Assembly (NCBI GenBank): GCA_950097015.1
Contig: CATNEN010000031.1
Location: 1,364,001 to 1,428,000 of the forward strand
Length of the DNA stretch: 64,000 nucleotides
From: Macrostomum hystrix
Lineage: Eukaryota; Animalia; Platyhelminthes
Reading direction: 5' to 3'
In this document: in pieces, positions 1 through 13,483 of the stretch
Position numbering within the stretch: the first letter of the stretch is position 1
How the letters are laid out: the number at the start of each line of letters is the position of its first letter
Program-made: the position numbers and the translations under genes
The notes under the pieces: model-generated
What the model saw: the letters and a program-made list of their open reading frames with translations, nothing else
Told to the model about the DNA's origin: nothing
Database searches by the model: none

Positions 1-3000
1 GGGCTCGCCTGCGGCGGCGCCGATGCCGGATTGTTGGTCGTCTTGCGACGACACATTTGGCGTTTCCAACGCTTCATGGCGCTGTCGACCGTCACCGAGG
101 TTGTCGGCATTGCCGCCGCCGGCTCCTGGTCGAGCGAGACCACCACTGAATTGCAGACGGCCAGGACTAGGAAGAAGTCCAGCAGGCGGCGCTGTCGCGG
201 CGATGTCGCCCGTTGCAGGCTCGGTCCGTCTGGCGCCGTCAGGACCCTGGCCAGCTCAGTCATCGGCGAGCGAGTCAGCGTCGTTGGAGCCGGCTGCGGT
301 GGCGGTGGCGCAGATGACAGCGGCGTATGAATGGTGTCGCTTGGAGACGGTAGCTCGGGCTGCAAGATTGATTTAGACAAGGCCAGGGCACTTAACTAGC
401 TCATTCAACTAGCTGAGATTGCTCAGCTCATTCAACTAGCTGAGATTGCTCAGCTCATTCAAGTAGCTGAGATTGCTCAGCTCATTCAAGTAGCTGAGAT
501 TGCTCAGCTCATTCAAGTAGCTGAGATTGCTCAGCTCATTCAAGTAGCTGAGATTGCTCAGCTCATTCAACTAGCTGAGATTGCTCAGCTCATTCAAGTA
601 GCTGAGATTGCTCAGCTCATTCAACTAGCTGAGATTGCTCAGCTCATTCAAGTAGCTGAGATTGCTCAGCTCATTCAAGTAGCTGAGATTGCTCAGCTCA
701 TTCAAGTAGCTGAGATTGCTCAGCTCATTCAACTAGCTGAGATTGCTCAGCTCATTCAAGTAGCTGAGATTGCTCAGCTCATTCAAGTAGCTGAGATTGC
801 TCAGCTCATTCAAGTAGCTGAGATTGCTCAGCTCATTCAAGTAGCTGAGATTGCTCAGCTCATTCAAGTAGCTGAGATTGCTCAGCTCATTCAACTAGCT
901 GAGATTGCTCAGCTGATTCAACTAGCTGAGATTGCTCAGCTCATTCAAGTAGCTGAGATTGCTCAGCTCATTCAAGTAGCTGAGATTGCTCAGCTCATTC
1001 AACTAGCTGAGATTGCTCAGCTCATTCAACTAGCTGAGATTGCTCAGCTCATTCAACTAGCTGAGATTGCTCAGCTCATTCAACTAGCTGAGACTGCTCA
1101 GCTCATTCAAGTAGCTGAGATTGCTCAGCTCATTCAAGTAGCTGAGATTGCTCAGCTGACTCAACTGGTTGAGATTGCACAGCTGAGATTGCCCAGCTCA
1201 TTTAACCAGCTCAAAATTGACTCACTTTCAAGTCGGCATCATACTTCTGAAGAGCCAAAATCGGCTGTCTGCACTCGATGCTTGCCTGACTGTCAGCTGC
1301 AAAGTTTGAATAGAAGTTAGCAGTTGAGTTTGTTTAAAGAGTAACAGTTGAATAATGTAACTCGAACAACGATAAGCAATGGTTTTGGATCTAAAATAGA
1401 CTAGTCATAATTAAATTTGGCAATTGGGTAATAAATAATAAAATTTGAAGAGTAAATGCGACCGCTGGCAAATATTAAGCACAGAAAGTACGAGGTTCTA
1501 TATAGTACTAATAGTAAGGAGTTAAAACATACCCCGTTTACTACACAATTTTGGGGAGAAAATATAGGATAAAATTCGTTTGATATTTGATTTCTGACTC
1601 TAGCCTACCAATAATACGTATGAATAATATAGCATTACAACATTGCAACACAGTGGAAAAAGGTCTACTGTTAGTTTTTTCTTAACTTGAAGACGTCGCT
1701 AAACTAGTGAATTGTTTAATTGCTAGTTTTTTAAGTAAGATTATTATTAATGATTAGTGTACCACAGTAAAGAGGAATTATAATAGATAAACAACCGAAC
1801 AACATCTATAGCTTATAGGATTTTATACACAGGAGCAGTTAAAAATATCAATAATGATATTGTTTAAAAATATGGCTAACACCTACTTCGAGCAAGGCGA
1901 TTAAATCTATTAATAGATTTGGCATTTGTCGATGCCACAGCCGGTGATAGCTGTTGATACAGCAATTCCGCCTTTATTTGCATTGCAGAGCTTGCTAAAA
2001 ATGTTTAAGTATAGTAACATACCGTTTTCTATTTCGGCAAACGGCTAAAAAGACTGCTGTGAATGTACATGAAATCTAACATCTAACCAATAAAAATGCC
2101 CACACTGCATAAATATATTTATAAGCAATTGAAACACCTAAATAAGTCACTAAATACAAGTGAATAATACAATCCCAATTTGATATTTGATATTAATCCA
2201 GAGTATGAACTGGAAAACAAGCTGAAGAAATGTTACACGATACTCATACGACTCAACATAATGCTACCGGGACCGCACCCGCTACGTAATGAACACAAGG
2301 TAGGTGAGAGATGGACAGTAGGTGAGAGATGGACAGTAGGTGAGAGATGGACAGTAGGTGAGAGATGGACAGTAGGTGAGAGATGGACAGTAGGTGAGAG
2401 ATAGACAGTAGGTGAGAGATGGACAGTAGGTGAGAGATGGACAGTAGGTGAGAGATGGACAGTAGATGAGAGATAGACAGTAGGTGAGAGATGGACAGTA
2501 GGTGAGAGATGGACAGTAGATGAGAGATGGACAGTAGATGAGAGATGGACAGTAGGTGAAAGATGGACAGTAGGTGAGAGATGGACAGTAGGTGAGAGAT
2601 GGACAGTAGGTGAGAGATGGACAGTAGGTGAGAGATGGACAGTAGGTGAGAGATGGACAGTAGATGAGAGATGGACAGTAGGTGAGAGATGGACAGTAGG
2701 TGAGAGATGGACAGTAGATGAGAGATAGACAGTAGGTGAGAGATGGACAGTAGGTGAGAGATGGACAGTAGATGAGAGATGGACAGTAGATGAGAGATGG
2801 ACACTAGATGAGAGATGGACAGTAGATGAGAGATGGACAGTAGATGAGAGATGGACAGTAGATGAGAGATGCACAGTAGATGAGAGATGGACAGTAGATG
2901 AGAGATGCACAGTAGGTGAGAGATGGACAGTAGGTGAGAGATGGACAGTAGATGAGAGATGGACAGTAGATGAGAGATGGACAGTAGGTGAGAGATGGAC

Positions 3001-6000
3001 AGTAGATGAGAGATGGACAGTAGGTGAGAGATGGACAGTAGATGAGAGATGGACTGTGAGACTGTGAGATCGTGAGGTAAGTCAAAAAACGCTATTACAG
3101 AAGTGCTTGCACTTTAATTAGTACATATAACGAGAAAAGCGCTCATTTCAGCCTCGGATTGAGTCGTTTAAGTTAATACCCGGGGTGCAGTGAAGCACGT
3201 GGCATTTTTTTGCTAATTGCGTGGGCTGACCAGGGCACAAACACTCACACACACACACACACACACACACACAAGCCCAGGCTAATTCACGGCAGTGCAA
3301 ATTGATCACTGTTTGGTCAGAGTTTAAAGTGTCTTCCGACTAAAGAATAGACAAACATATAAATGAATGCAAAAAGGGCTAGACTAGGTTTTTCTCGTGC
3401 TAACTATTTCCCATATGAAGCCCAATTCATGATAATAAAAATTCGATTTTAATTTTAGAGTACAAGCACAAGTAATGCTAAGTTTCACTTTTCATAGACG
3501 GAAAAGTACAACGTTGGAAAACGGCCACGGCCTAAATAATATTTCCCTTATTAACTCGTATAATTGATTACAATTAGGCCAGATTGGGACCGTATGGGGC
3601 TGTTCAGTCCATGGACTGTGGTGGGCGACATACCCACCCACAATTACCCGTGCTGATGCTGGTTACCAATTTAAGGGCTGGGTGAACTGAAGCAATGCAG
3701 AGTTAAGCGTCTTGCTAAAGGACAACACTGTTCCAGTAAGAGACAAAAATCGAACCATTCACCTTCAGTTGTTCAAATTCTCTTAAAAGATAAAAAACAA
3801 TATAATAAGCAAAAAATATCTCTACAAACATTGAAGGGCGATAACGGAAAATTTATTGTACAAGTTGCGAACTATGGACATTGTATCAAGTACTGAAGTA
3901 TTAAAATGGCCCTGAATTATAAGTGGCAACGATCATAAAGAGTGTGGTTTTAATCCTAAAGTATCGGAATGGAATCAGGCCCTGAAGTATCGGAATGGAA
4001 TCAGGCCCTGAAGTATCGGAACGTTATCAGGCCCTGAAGTACCGGAATGGTATCAGGCCCTGAAGTATCGGAATGGTATCAGGCCCTGAAGTATCGGAAT
4101 GGTATCAGGCCCTGAAGTATCGGAATGGTATCAGGCCCTGAAGTATCGGAATAGTACCAGGCCCTGAAGTGTCGGAATGGTATCAGGCCCTGAAGTACAC
4201 AGGAGTGAAAGGCGAGCCCTGAAGGACATTGCCAAGCCGTTCAGAAGCGATTGGTGGTACATTTTCTAGATTCGATTGCTAAGCTAGACCAAAGAACTTA
4301 AAGTTGCCCCGAATCCCAGTCGTCACTAACCTGCAGTCTGCTGCTGAGCAGTTTCGCAGTACTCATAGTCGTGTCCGAGCACAGTGCACCGCCTGAACTC
4401 CATCTTGTTCTCAGTCAGGGTGCCAGTCTTATCCGTGAATACGTACTCAATCTGGCCAAGATCCTCCGTAATGTTCAGGGCGCGACACTCGGCCGGCATG
4501 TCTCGCTCCCGGTCGTACATGTCCAAGTCGCTATTGATGTAGACTGTCTGGCCGAGCTTCACGAATTCCACGGTGACGTAGAGAGCCAGTGGAATCATCG
4601 CCTGAATAATTATCTATATTATTAATAAGGCTGCGTACGGCTGTTCAGTCCATGGACTGGTGGGACATCACAACCGGCCCCCCTTACCCCACATAATGCT
4701 GTTCTGTGTTTATTTAAAGGACACTAATTGTTACAGTGGAGTCGGGAATCGAACCCCCGACCTTTAAGTCGCCAGTACGACGTACTAACCACTAGGCTAC
4801 AAGCACCTCGAATAATATGTGATATTTTTGTGACATACGAATATAATTAAAACCTATTTTTGTCCATCAAATTCGATCTAGCTCACCTGCAAAATGATAA
4901 TGTAAGTCCAGAAGTTGATGAAAGCTTGCACTTCTGGCGTTGAACGCGTGTCGTTGCCTAGAGATAAGAATATGACGCTCTCCGGCTTAACAAATCCGTG
5001 CAGCCATATGCCGCTGCCTGTGAAATCAGATAGCAAATATTTATGTAGCATAACTTAAATAACTTTTTAGGTGAGGCTAGTTGTATTAAAAAACACCTGC
5101 ATTGACGATAATTACTCAGTCAAAATACCTGGATCGAAGGTAATTAACCGATCAAAGCACCTGGATTGAAGATAATTAATTAATCAAAGCACCTGGATTG
5201 AAGATAATTAATCAATCAAAGCACCTGGATTGAAGATAATTAATCAATCAAAACACCTGGATTGAAGATAATTAATCAATCAAAGCACCTGGATCGAAGG
5301 TAATTAACCAATCAAAGCACCTGGATTGAAGATAATTAATTATTCAAAGCAACTGGATTGAAGATAATTAATCAATCAAAGCACCTGGATTGAAGATAAT
5401 TAATCAATCAAAGCACCTGGATCGAAGGTAATTAACCAATCAAAGCACCTGGATTGAAGATAATTAATTCATCAAAGCACCTGGATTGAAGATAATTAAT
5501 CAATCAAAGCACCTGGATTGAAGATAATTAATCAATCAAAGCACCTGGATTGAAGATAATTAACCAATCAAAGCACCTGGATTGAAGATAATTAATCAAT
5601 CAAAGCACCTGGATTGAAAGTACGTAATTAACCAATCAAAGCACCTAAATTGAAGATAATTAATCAATCAAAGCACCTGGATTGAAAGTAATTAACCAAT
5701 CAAAGCACCTGGATTGAAAGTAATTAACCAATCAAAGCACCTGGATCGAAAGTAATTAACCGATCAAAGCACCTGGATTGAAGATAATTAATCAATCAAA
5801 GCACCTGGATCGAAGGTTATTAACCAATCAAAGCACCTGGATTGAAGATAATTAATTCATCAAAGCACCTGGATTGAAGATAATTAATCAATCAAAGCAC
5901 CTGGATCGAAAGTAATTAACCGATCAAAGCACCTGGATCGAAGATAATTAACCAATCAAAGCACCTGGATTGAAGATAATTAATCAATCAAAGCACCTGG

Positions 6001-9000
6001 ATCGAAGGTAATTAACCGATCAAAGCACCTGGATCGAAGATAATTAACCAATCAAAGCACCTGGATTGAAGATAATTAATCAGTCAAAGCACCTGGATTG
6101 AAAGTACGTAATTAACCAATCAAAGCACCTAAATTGAAGATAATTAATCAATCAAAGCACCTGGATTGAAAGTAATTAAACAATCAAAGCACCTGGATTG
6201 AAAGTAATTAACCAATCAAAGCACCTGGATCGAAAGTAATTAACCGATCAAAGCACCTGGATTGAAAGTAATTAACCAATCAAAGCACCTGGATTGAAAG
6301 TAATTTATCAATCAAAGCACCTGGATTGAAGATAATTAACCAATCAAAGCACCTGGATTGAAAGTAATTTATCAATCAAAGCACCTGGATTGAAAGTAAT
6401 TAATCAATTAAAGCACCTGGATTGAAAGTAATTAATCAATCAAAGCACCTGGATTGAAAGTAATTAATCAATCAAAGCACCTGGATTGAAAGTAATTAAT
6501 CAATCAAAGCACCTGGATTGAAAGTACGTAATTAACCAATTAAAGCACCTGGATTGAAAGTAATTAACCGATTAAAGCACCTGGATTGAAGATAATTAAT
6601 CAATCAAAGCACCTGGATCGAAGGTTATTAACCAATCAAAGCACCTGGATTGAAGATAATTAATTCATCAAAGCACCTGGATTGAAGATAATTAATCAAT
6701 CAAAGCACCTGGATCGAAAGTAATTAACCGATCAAAGCACCTGGATTGAAAGTAATTTATCAATCAAAGCACCTGGATTGAAAGTAATTAACCAATCAAA
6801 GCACCTGGATTGAAAGTAATTTATCAATCAAAGCACCTGGATTGAAGATAATTAACCAATCAAAGCACCTGGATTGAAAGTAATTAATCAATCAAAGCAC
6901 CTGGATTGAAAGTAATTAATCAATCAAAGCACCTGGATTGAAAGTACGTAATTAACCAATCAAAGCACCTGGATTGAAAGTAATTAACCAATCAAAGCAC
7001 CTGGATTGAAAGTAATTAACCAATCAAAGCACCTGGATTGAAAGTAATTAACCAATCAAAGCACCTGGATTGAAAGTAATTTATCAATCAAAGCACCTGG
7101 ATTGAAGATAATTAACCAATCAAAGCACCTGGATTGAAAGTAATTAATCAATCAAAGCACCTGGATTGAAAGTAATTAATCAATTAAAGCACCTGGATTG
7201 AAAGTAATTAATCAATCAAAGCACCTGGATTGAAGATAATTAATTAATCAAAGCACCTGGATTGAAGATAATTAATCAGGCATAATTAGTGAACATGGAG
7301 TTCAGAAAAAGAAATCAATCAAAACAAATTGACTAGTTATATAATAATAAAAATCTGAATGTATGCGTGTTGAATAATTAACCAATCAAAACACTGGGAT
7401 TTAAAAAAATGAAACTGTAAAACTGTTTAAAATTGTTATTACGAGCGAATAAATAAACTTTTAATTAACCAATTATTATAAATCTAAACAATGTCTCTAA
7501 TTAAGAAAATATTTGGACGCACTCACCAATGGCACCAAACAGGCATAGCACGAACAGAATGATGACACACCAGATGACGTCCTTGTTAATCTGGCGCTCC
7601 AGTTTGCTACGTTTAAATCTTGGCCCTCGATTATTCATCATGGCTTTAGTCTCGCGACCTTGAATTTCATGAAGTTGAGTCAGTTAAATGGTTGAATTAA
7701 ATTAAGAAAAGAAGAAATTCAAGTATCGGAGGAAGATAACATGCAGAAATGAAGAATCCCGATCCGCATTCATATTGATCGTCTTGCATGGGACAGCGTG
7801 TAAAAAAGCACAAAACAATACTAACTCAAAGGCAGGCTTGACAGCATTACGATGATGGGATAAATGGCAAAGTGATAAGGGGATAGATGGGTAGAGTGAT
7901 GAGAGGATAGCACAATGAGTTCAGCACAATGCACTAACCAGCATAGATGATCATGCCCTCGACGGACTCTGTATTGCGTATGGTGCAACCCCGAAGTATT
8001 AGATTCTCCTTATGAATGGCCACGACATTGTCGCCCGAGCCGCGAATGCGCCTGAAAGTGGCAGTTTCTTGAAATGACAACTCGGCCATAGACAGTGGGA
8101 TTTCGTGATCATTTGTTCAGGTCTGCAATAATTCGGCCATAGACAGATGGATTTTGTGATCATTTGTTCAGGTCTGTAATAATTCGGCCATAGCCAGTAG
8201 GATTTCGTGATCATTTGTTCAGGTCTGCAATAATTCGGCCATAGACAGAGGGATTTCGTGATCATTTGTTCAGGTCTGCAATAACTCGGCCATAGACAGA
8301 GGGATTTTGTGATCATTTTTTCAGGTCTGCAATAACTCGGCCATAGACAGAGGGATTTTGTGATCATTTTTTCAGGTCTGCAATAATTCGGCCATAGACA
8401 GAGGGATTTTGTGATCATTTGTTCAGGTCTGCAATAACTCGGCCATAGACAGAGGGATTTTGTGATCATTTGTTCAGGTCTGCAATAACTCGGCCATAGA
8501 CAGAGGGATTTTGTGATCATTTGTTCAGGTCTATAATAACTCGGCCATAGACAGAGGGATTTTGTGATCATTTGTTCAGGTCTGCTATAACTCGGCCATA
8601 GACAGAGGGATTTTGTGATCATTTTTTCAGGTCTGCAATAATTCGGCCATAGACAGAGGGATTTTGTGATCATTTGTTCAGGTCTGTAATAATTCGGCCA
8701 TAGACAGAGGGATTTTGTGATCATTTGTTCAGGTCTGCAATAACTCGGCCATAGACAGTGGGATTTCGTGACCATTTGTTCAGGTCTGCAATAATTCGGC
8801 CATAGACAGATGGATTTTGTGATCATTTGTTCAGGTCTGTAATAATTCGGCCATAGCCAGTAGGATTTCGTGATCATTTGTTCAGGTCTGCAATAACTCG
8901 GCCATAGACAGAGGGATTTTGTGATCATTTTTTCAGGTCTGCAATAACTCGGCCATAGACAGAGGGATTTTGTGATCATTTTTTCAGGTCTGCAATAATT

Positions 9001-12000
9001 CGGCCATAGACAGAGGGATTTTGTGATCATTTGTTCAGGTCTGCAATAACTCGGCCATAGACAGAGGGATTTTGTGATCATTTGTTCAGGTCTGCAATAA
9101 CTCGGCCATAGACAGAGGGATTTTGTGATCATTTGTTCAGGTCTGCAATAACTCGGCCATAGACAGAGGGATTTTGTGATCATTTGTTCAGGTCTGCTAT
9201 AACTCGGCCATAGACAGAGGGATTTTGTGATCATTTTTTCAGGTCTGCAATAATTCGGCCATAGACAGTAGGATTTCGTGATCATTTGTTCAGGTCTGCA
9301 ATAACTCGGCCACAGACAGTGGGATTTTGTGATCATTTGTTCAGGTCTGCAATAACTCGGCCATAGACAGTAGGATTTCGTGATCATTTGTTCAGGTCTG
9401 CAATAATTCGGCCATAGACAGTAGGATTTTGTGATCATTTGTTCATGTCTATAATAACTCGGCCATAGACAGAGGGATTTTGCGATCATTTGTTCAGGTC
9501 TGCAATAACTCGGCCATAGACAGGGATTTTGCGATCATTTGTTCAGGTCTGCAATAACTCGGCCATAGACAGAGGGATTTTGTGATCATTTGTTCAGGTC
9601 TGCAATAACTCGGCCATAGACAGAGGGATTTTGTGATCATTTGTTCAGGTCTGCAATAATTCGGCCATAGACAGTTGGATTTTGTGATCATTTGTTCAGG
9701 TCTGCAATAACTCGGCCATAGACAGAGGGATTTTGTGATCATTTGTTCAGGTCTGCAATAATTCGGCCATAGACAGAGGGATTTTGTGATCATTTGTTCA
9801 GGTCTATAATAACTCGGCCATAGACAGAGGGATTTTGTGATCATTTGTTCAGGTCTGCTATAACTCGGCCATAGACAGAGGGATTTTGTGATCATTTTTT
9901 CAGGTCTGCAATAATTCGGCCATAGACAGAGGGATTTTGTGATCATTTGTTCAGGTCTGTAATAATTCGGCCATAGACAGAGGGATTTTGTGATCATTTG
10001 TTCAGGTCTGCAATAACTCGGCCATAGACAGTGGGATTTCGTGACCATTTGTTCAGGTCTGCAATAATTCGGCCATAGACAGATGGATTTTGTGATCATT
10101 TGTTCAGGTCTGTAATAATTCGGCCATAGCCAGTAGGATTTCGTGATCATTTGTTCAGGTCTGCAATAACTCGGCCATAGACAGAGGGATTTTGTGATCA
10201 TTTTTTCAGGTCTGCAATAACTCGGCCATAGACAGAGGGATTTTGTGATCATTTTTTCAGGTCTGCAATAATTCGGCCATAGACAGAGGGATTTTGTGAT
10301 CATTTGTTCAGGTCTGCAATAACTCGGCCATAGACAGAGGGATTTTGTGATCATTTGTTCAGGTCTGCAATAACTCGGCCATAGACAGAGGGATTTTGTG
10401 ATCATTTGTTCAGGTCTGCAATAACTCGGCCATAGACAGAGGGATTTTGTGATCATTTGTTCAGGTCTGCTATAACTCGGCCATAGACAGAGGGATTTTG
10501 TGATCATTTGTTCAGGTCTGCAATAATTCGGCCATAGACAGAGGGATTTTGTGATCATTTGTTCAGGTCTGTAATAATTCGGCCATAGACAGAGGGATTT
10601 TGTTATCATTTGTTCAGGTCTGCAATAACACGGCCATAGACAGAGGGATTTTGTGATCATTTGTTCAGGTCTGCAATAACTCGGCCATAGACAGTGGGAT
10701 TTTGTGATCATTTGTTCAGGTCTGCAATAACTCGGCCATAGACAGTAGGATTTCGTGATCATTTGTTCAGGTCTGCAATAACTCGGCCACAGACAGTGGG
10801 ATTTTGTGATCATTTGTTCAGGTCTGCAATAACTCGGCCATAGACAGTAGGATTTCGTGATCATTTGTTCAGGTCTGCAATAATTCGGCCATAGACAGTA
10901 GGATTTTGTGATCATTTGTTCATGTCTATAATAACTCGGCCATAGACAGAGGGATTTTGCGATCATTTGTTCAGGTCTGCAATAATTCGGCCATAGACAG
11001 GGATTTTGCGATCATTTGTTCAGGTCTGCAATAACTCGGCCATAGACAGGGATTTTGCGATCATTTGTTCAGGTCTGCAATAACTCGGCCATAGACAGAG
11101 GGATTTTGTGATCATTTGTTCAGGTCTGCAATAATTCGGCCATAGACAGTTGGATTTTGTGATCATTTGTTCAGGTCTGCAATAACTCGGCCATAGACAG
11201 AGGGATTTTGTGATCATTTGTTCAGGTCTGCAATAACTCGGCCATAGACAGAGGGATTTTGTGATCATTTGTTCAGGTCTGCAATAATTCGGCCATAGAC
11301 AGTAGGATTTTGTGATCATTTGTTCAGGTCTACAATAACTCGGCCATAGACAGTGGGATTTTGTGATCATTTGTTCAGGTCTACAATAACTCGGCCATAG
11401 ACAGAGGGATTTTGTGATCATTTGTTCAGGCTTGCGATAACTTATTAAGCAAAGTCTATTTGATTAAGCAGATAAACAGTTGCCCCGCGACAATGCGAAT
11501 AGATAAGCTTACACTGTTCCATCGAATTTATAGATCTCGGTATTGGGTACTTCCACTTCGACGTCGTGAACAAAAGTATTCGGATCGAAGGCCTGTACAA
11601 GTGTTAATTGAATTTTAATAAACAATTATTAAGTGTACATTATGCCAATTGAAAGCCACTTCTAACTTTAATTCAGATATTTTATAACTTGATTTATACT
11701 TTAATCACTTTTGAACAAATAAGTTAGGAGTGATCTATCGCAACCTTTAAAACATTATAACACGGAGTATAAATTATCAATTTGATCTGAATAGGCTAAA
11801 AATACTTATCCGCAATAAAAATACGCTACAAGCTTAGAAGTTTTTACTAAAAGTACAAATGTTGACATTTGATTATAGCTCGTACTATTGACCTATCATT
11901 AGATTGATCATGACCTTCCTATCAACCGTTAGATTGATCATAACCTTCCTATCAACCGTTAGATTGATCATGACCTTCCTATCAACCGTTAGATTGATCA

Positions 12001-13483
12001 TGACCTTCCTATCAACTATTAGATTGATCATGACCTTCCTATCAACCATTAGATTGATCATGACCTTCCTATCAACCATTAGATTGATCATGACCTTCCT
12101 ATCAACCATTAGATTGATCATGACCTTCCTATCAACTATTAGATTGATAATGACCTTTCTATCAACCATTAGATTGATCATGACCTTCCTAACAATCATT
12201 AGATTAATCATGACCTTCCTAACAATCATTAGATTAATCATGACCTTCCTATCAACCATTTATAGATTGATCATGAGCATGCTATCAACCATGATATTGA
12301 TCATGACCTTCCAATTTAATCAGGAAATAAATAAAGTCTAAGATTAAAATATTACTCTAGAAATTATATTGCCATCTTATAAAAAAGTGTTTAGTACTAA
12401 TGAATGTGATTTGCTTTGTTATAAAGGTAAATAATGGCGAGACCATGTTGGAAATGCATTTGGCACTTCAATGAGATATTTTGGCATCCTAATGAGTACA
12501 TCTAACGAAAATTTTAAGCATAAAATACTTAATCATACCTGTCAGCCAGTTTTACTTGCTATTCTAGCAACAAAAACCTGCAATAAAAAAATAATCAAAT
12601 GCGATAAAAAACGTAAAAGCAAATGAAGGAAACTGTTAAATGGGTGGAACGAAACAGCTTTATGAGCTTTCGGCCTTTTAAACCAACTGCGAAATAATTT
12701 TCTTTCTACTCAATTTTAAAGTGCAAACTTTAGATTTGCGCGCGAATGGCACCATAACATCACGTGACAGCTTTGAATCAAAAGCGACATACATATTTAC
12801 GTGTACATGTAGCCAATAGGAACAATCATGCGATTCCCTTGTCACACGAATCGCCAACCATAGCATTGCGGCTCACCCACCTTGAGATCCAATCCGCGCA
12901 TAACGTGCCTCTGTTTTAGATTAGTCTCGCCGTCAATATTGCAGGTTTCAATGTAGCAAAGGCCGGCCGGATCGGCGCTGTGAAGCAGCAAAATATCGGC
13001 AGGTATGACATCATTGGCGCGCAGTTTAACAATGTCACCTGGCCACAGGTGGCGCCATTCATCTGACACGTAGCCGCCAGCGGAGCGCCTGTAGACCTGG
13101 CAACGACTGTGATTGATTCGCTGATCGGATCGATAGCGCCTGTAGTTTTCAAACGCATCTTTAACAGCCGTTACAGCCAGTACAAATACAACCGGGATGG
13201 GCGACAGCTCCTTGGCGAATGCAGACACGTCTGGCATGAAATTGAGCACCACAATGAATACAAAGTAGATGTTGGCAAATCTGTGAAACTGTTCCCACAG
13301 GTTTAACGGCAGGAATGTCCATAGACTATATTTGGTTGTTTTGATGCGATTATTTGCGAATATTTTATTCGGATTGTCACTGTCTGGGCAGTCTTCGAAT
13401 TTAAAATTTGGCTCAATCATTCGCGTTGCGGGGGCCTGCTTGGCACTGGGCCGGCGAGGCCAGCAGCGCAGGGCATTGCCCAT
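1..13483 (-). CDS. ATP10: P4-type phospholipid-transporting ATPase (flippase), ATP10-like; 5' eight exons, gene continues beyond position 1
   Basis: Phase-consistent GT-AG exons: 13483-12881, 11592-11513, 8051-7939, 7658-7527, 5017-4887, 4601-4331, 1296-1226, 359-<1. Motifs seen: [31 protein letters not shown] (ATP10-type TM1), [63 protein letters not shown] (TM4), phosphorylation motif [24 protein letters not shown]. Confidence 0.93.
395..1200. repeat. 27-bp minisatellite (gctcagctcattcaa[c/g]tagctgagatt), ~30 copies, intronic
   Basis: Direct periodicity; lies between ATP10-like exons 359 and 1226. Confidence 0.97.
2298..3060. repeat. 18-bp minisatellite (gtag[g/a]tgagagatggaca), ~42 copies
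   Basis: Direct periodicity; explains the repetitive ORFs at 2180-3085. Confidence 0.97.
3244..3272. repeat. (CA)n microsatellite, ~14 units
   Basis: acactcacacacac... run seen directly. Confidence 0.9.
3590..3730 (-). mobile_element. SINE family A, 3' partial copy
   Basis: Contains the cagtccatggactg palindrome (3605-3618) and the gctgggtgaactgaagcaatgcagag body shared with the 23540-23712 copy. Confidence 0.7.
3961..4197. repeat. 26-bp minisatellite (aggccctgaagtatcggaatggtatc), ~9 copies
   Basis: Direct periodicity. Confidence 0.95.
4630..4810 (-). mobile_element. tRNA-derived SINE family A copy
   Basis: On the minus strand: A-box-like tagcctagtgg, B-box ggttcgattccc, body ccgactccactg..aattagtgtcctt, 3' cagtccatggactgaacagccgtacgcag. 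Confidence 0.8.
5125..7278. repeat. 32-bp minisatellite (aaagcacctggattgaagataattaatcaatc), ~67 copies
   Basis: Direct periodicity with variant units; intronic. Confidence 0.97.
8075..11430. repeat. 51-bp minisatellite (gtgatcatttgttcaggtctgcaataactcggccatagacagagggatttt), ~66 copies with higher-order duplications
   Basis: Direct periodicity; rare variants recur at spacings of 663 (13 units), 1273 and 1477 bp. Confidence 0.98.
11890..12310. repeat. 30-bp minisatellite (tagattgatcatgaccttcctatcaaccat), ~14 copies
   Basis: Direct periodicity. Confidence 0.95.

Noticed and set aside
23-376. Long antisense or alternate-frame ORFs over GC-rich exons (also 31940-32637, 40260-41799, 52571-53059, 59626-60441)
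   Set aside because: These are shadow ORFs expected from high GC content; the opposite or alternate frame carries the conserved motifs and valid splice phases.
2195-2300. Possible nested plus-strand exon ([31 protein letters not shown] ending at a gtaggt donor)
   Set aside because: The donor is just the first repeat unit, and I found no partner exons or recognisable homology.
2180-3085. Repetitive ORFs here and at 11885-12341, 27254-27643, 28996-29840, 30504-30890, 45552-46023, 47359-47691, 48502-50714, 60957-61686
   Set aside because: They are translations of minisatellite units, often in several frames and on both strands.
4740-4810. tRNA genes here and at 25030-25110 and 60415-60470
   Set aside because: A/B boxes are present but there is no complete cloverleaf, and each continues into a repeated SINE body.
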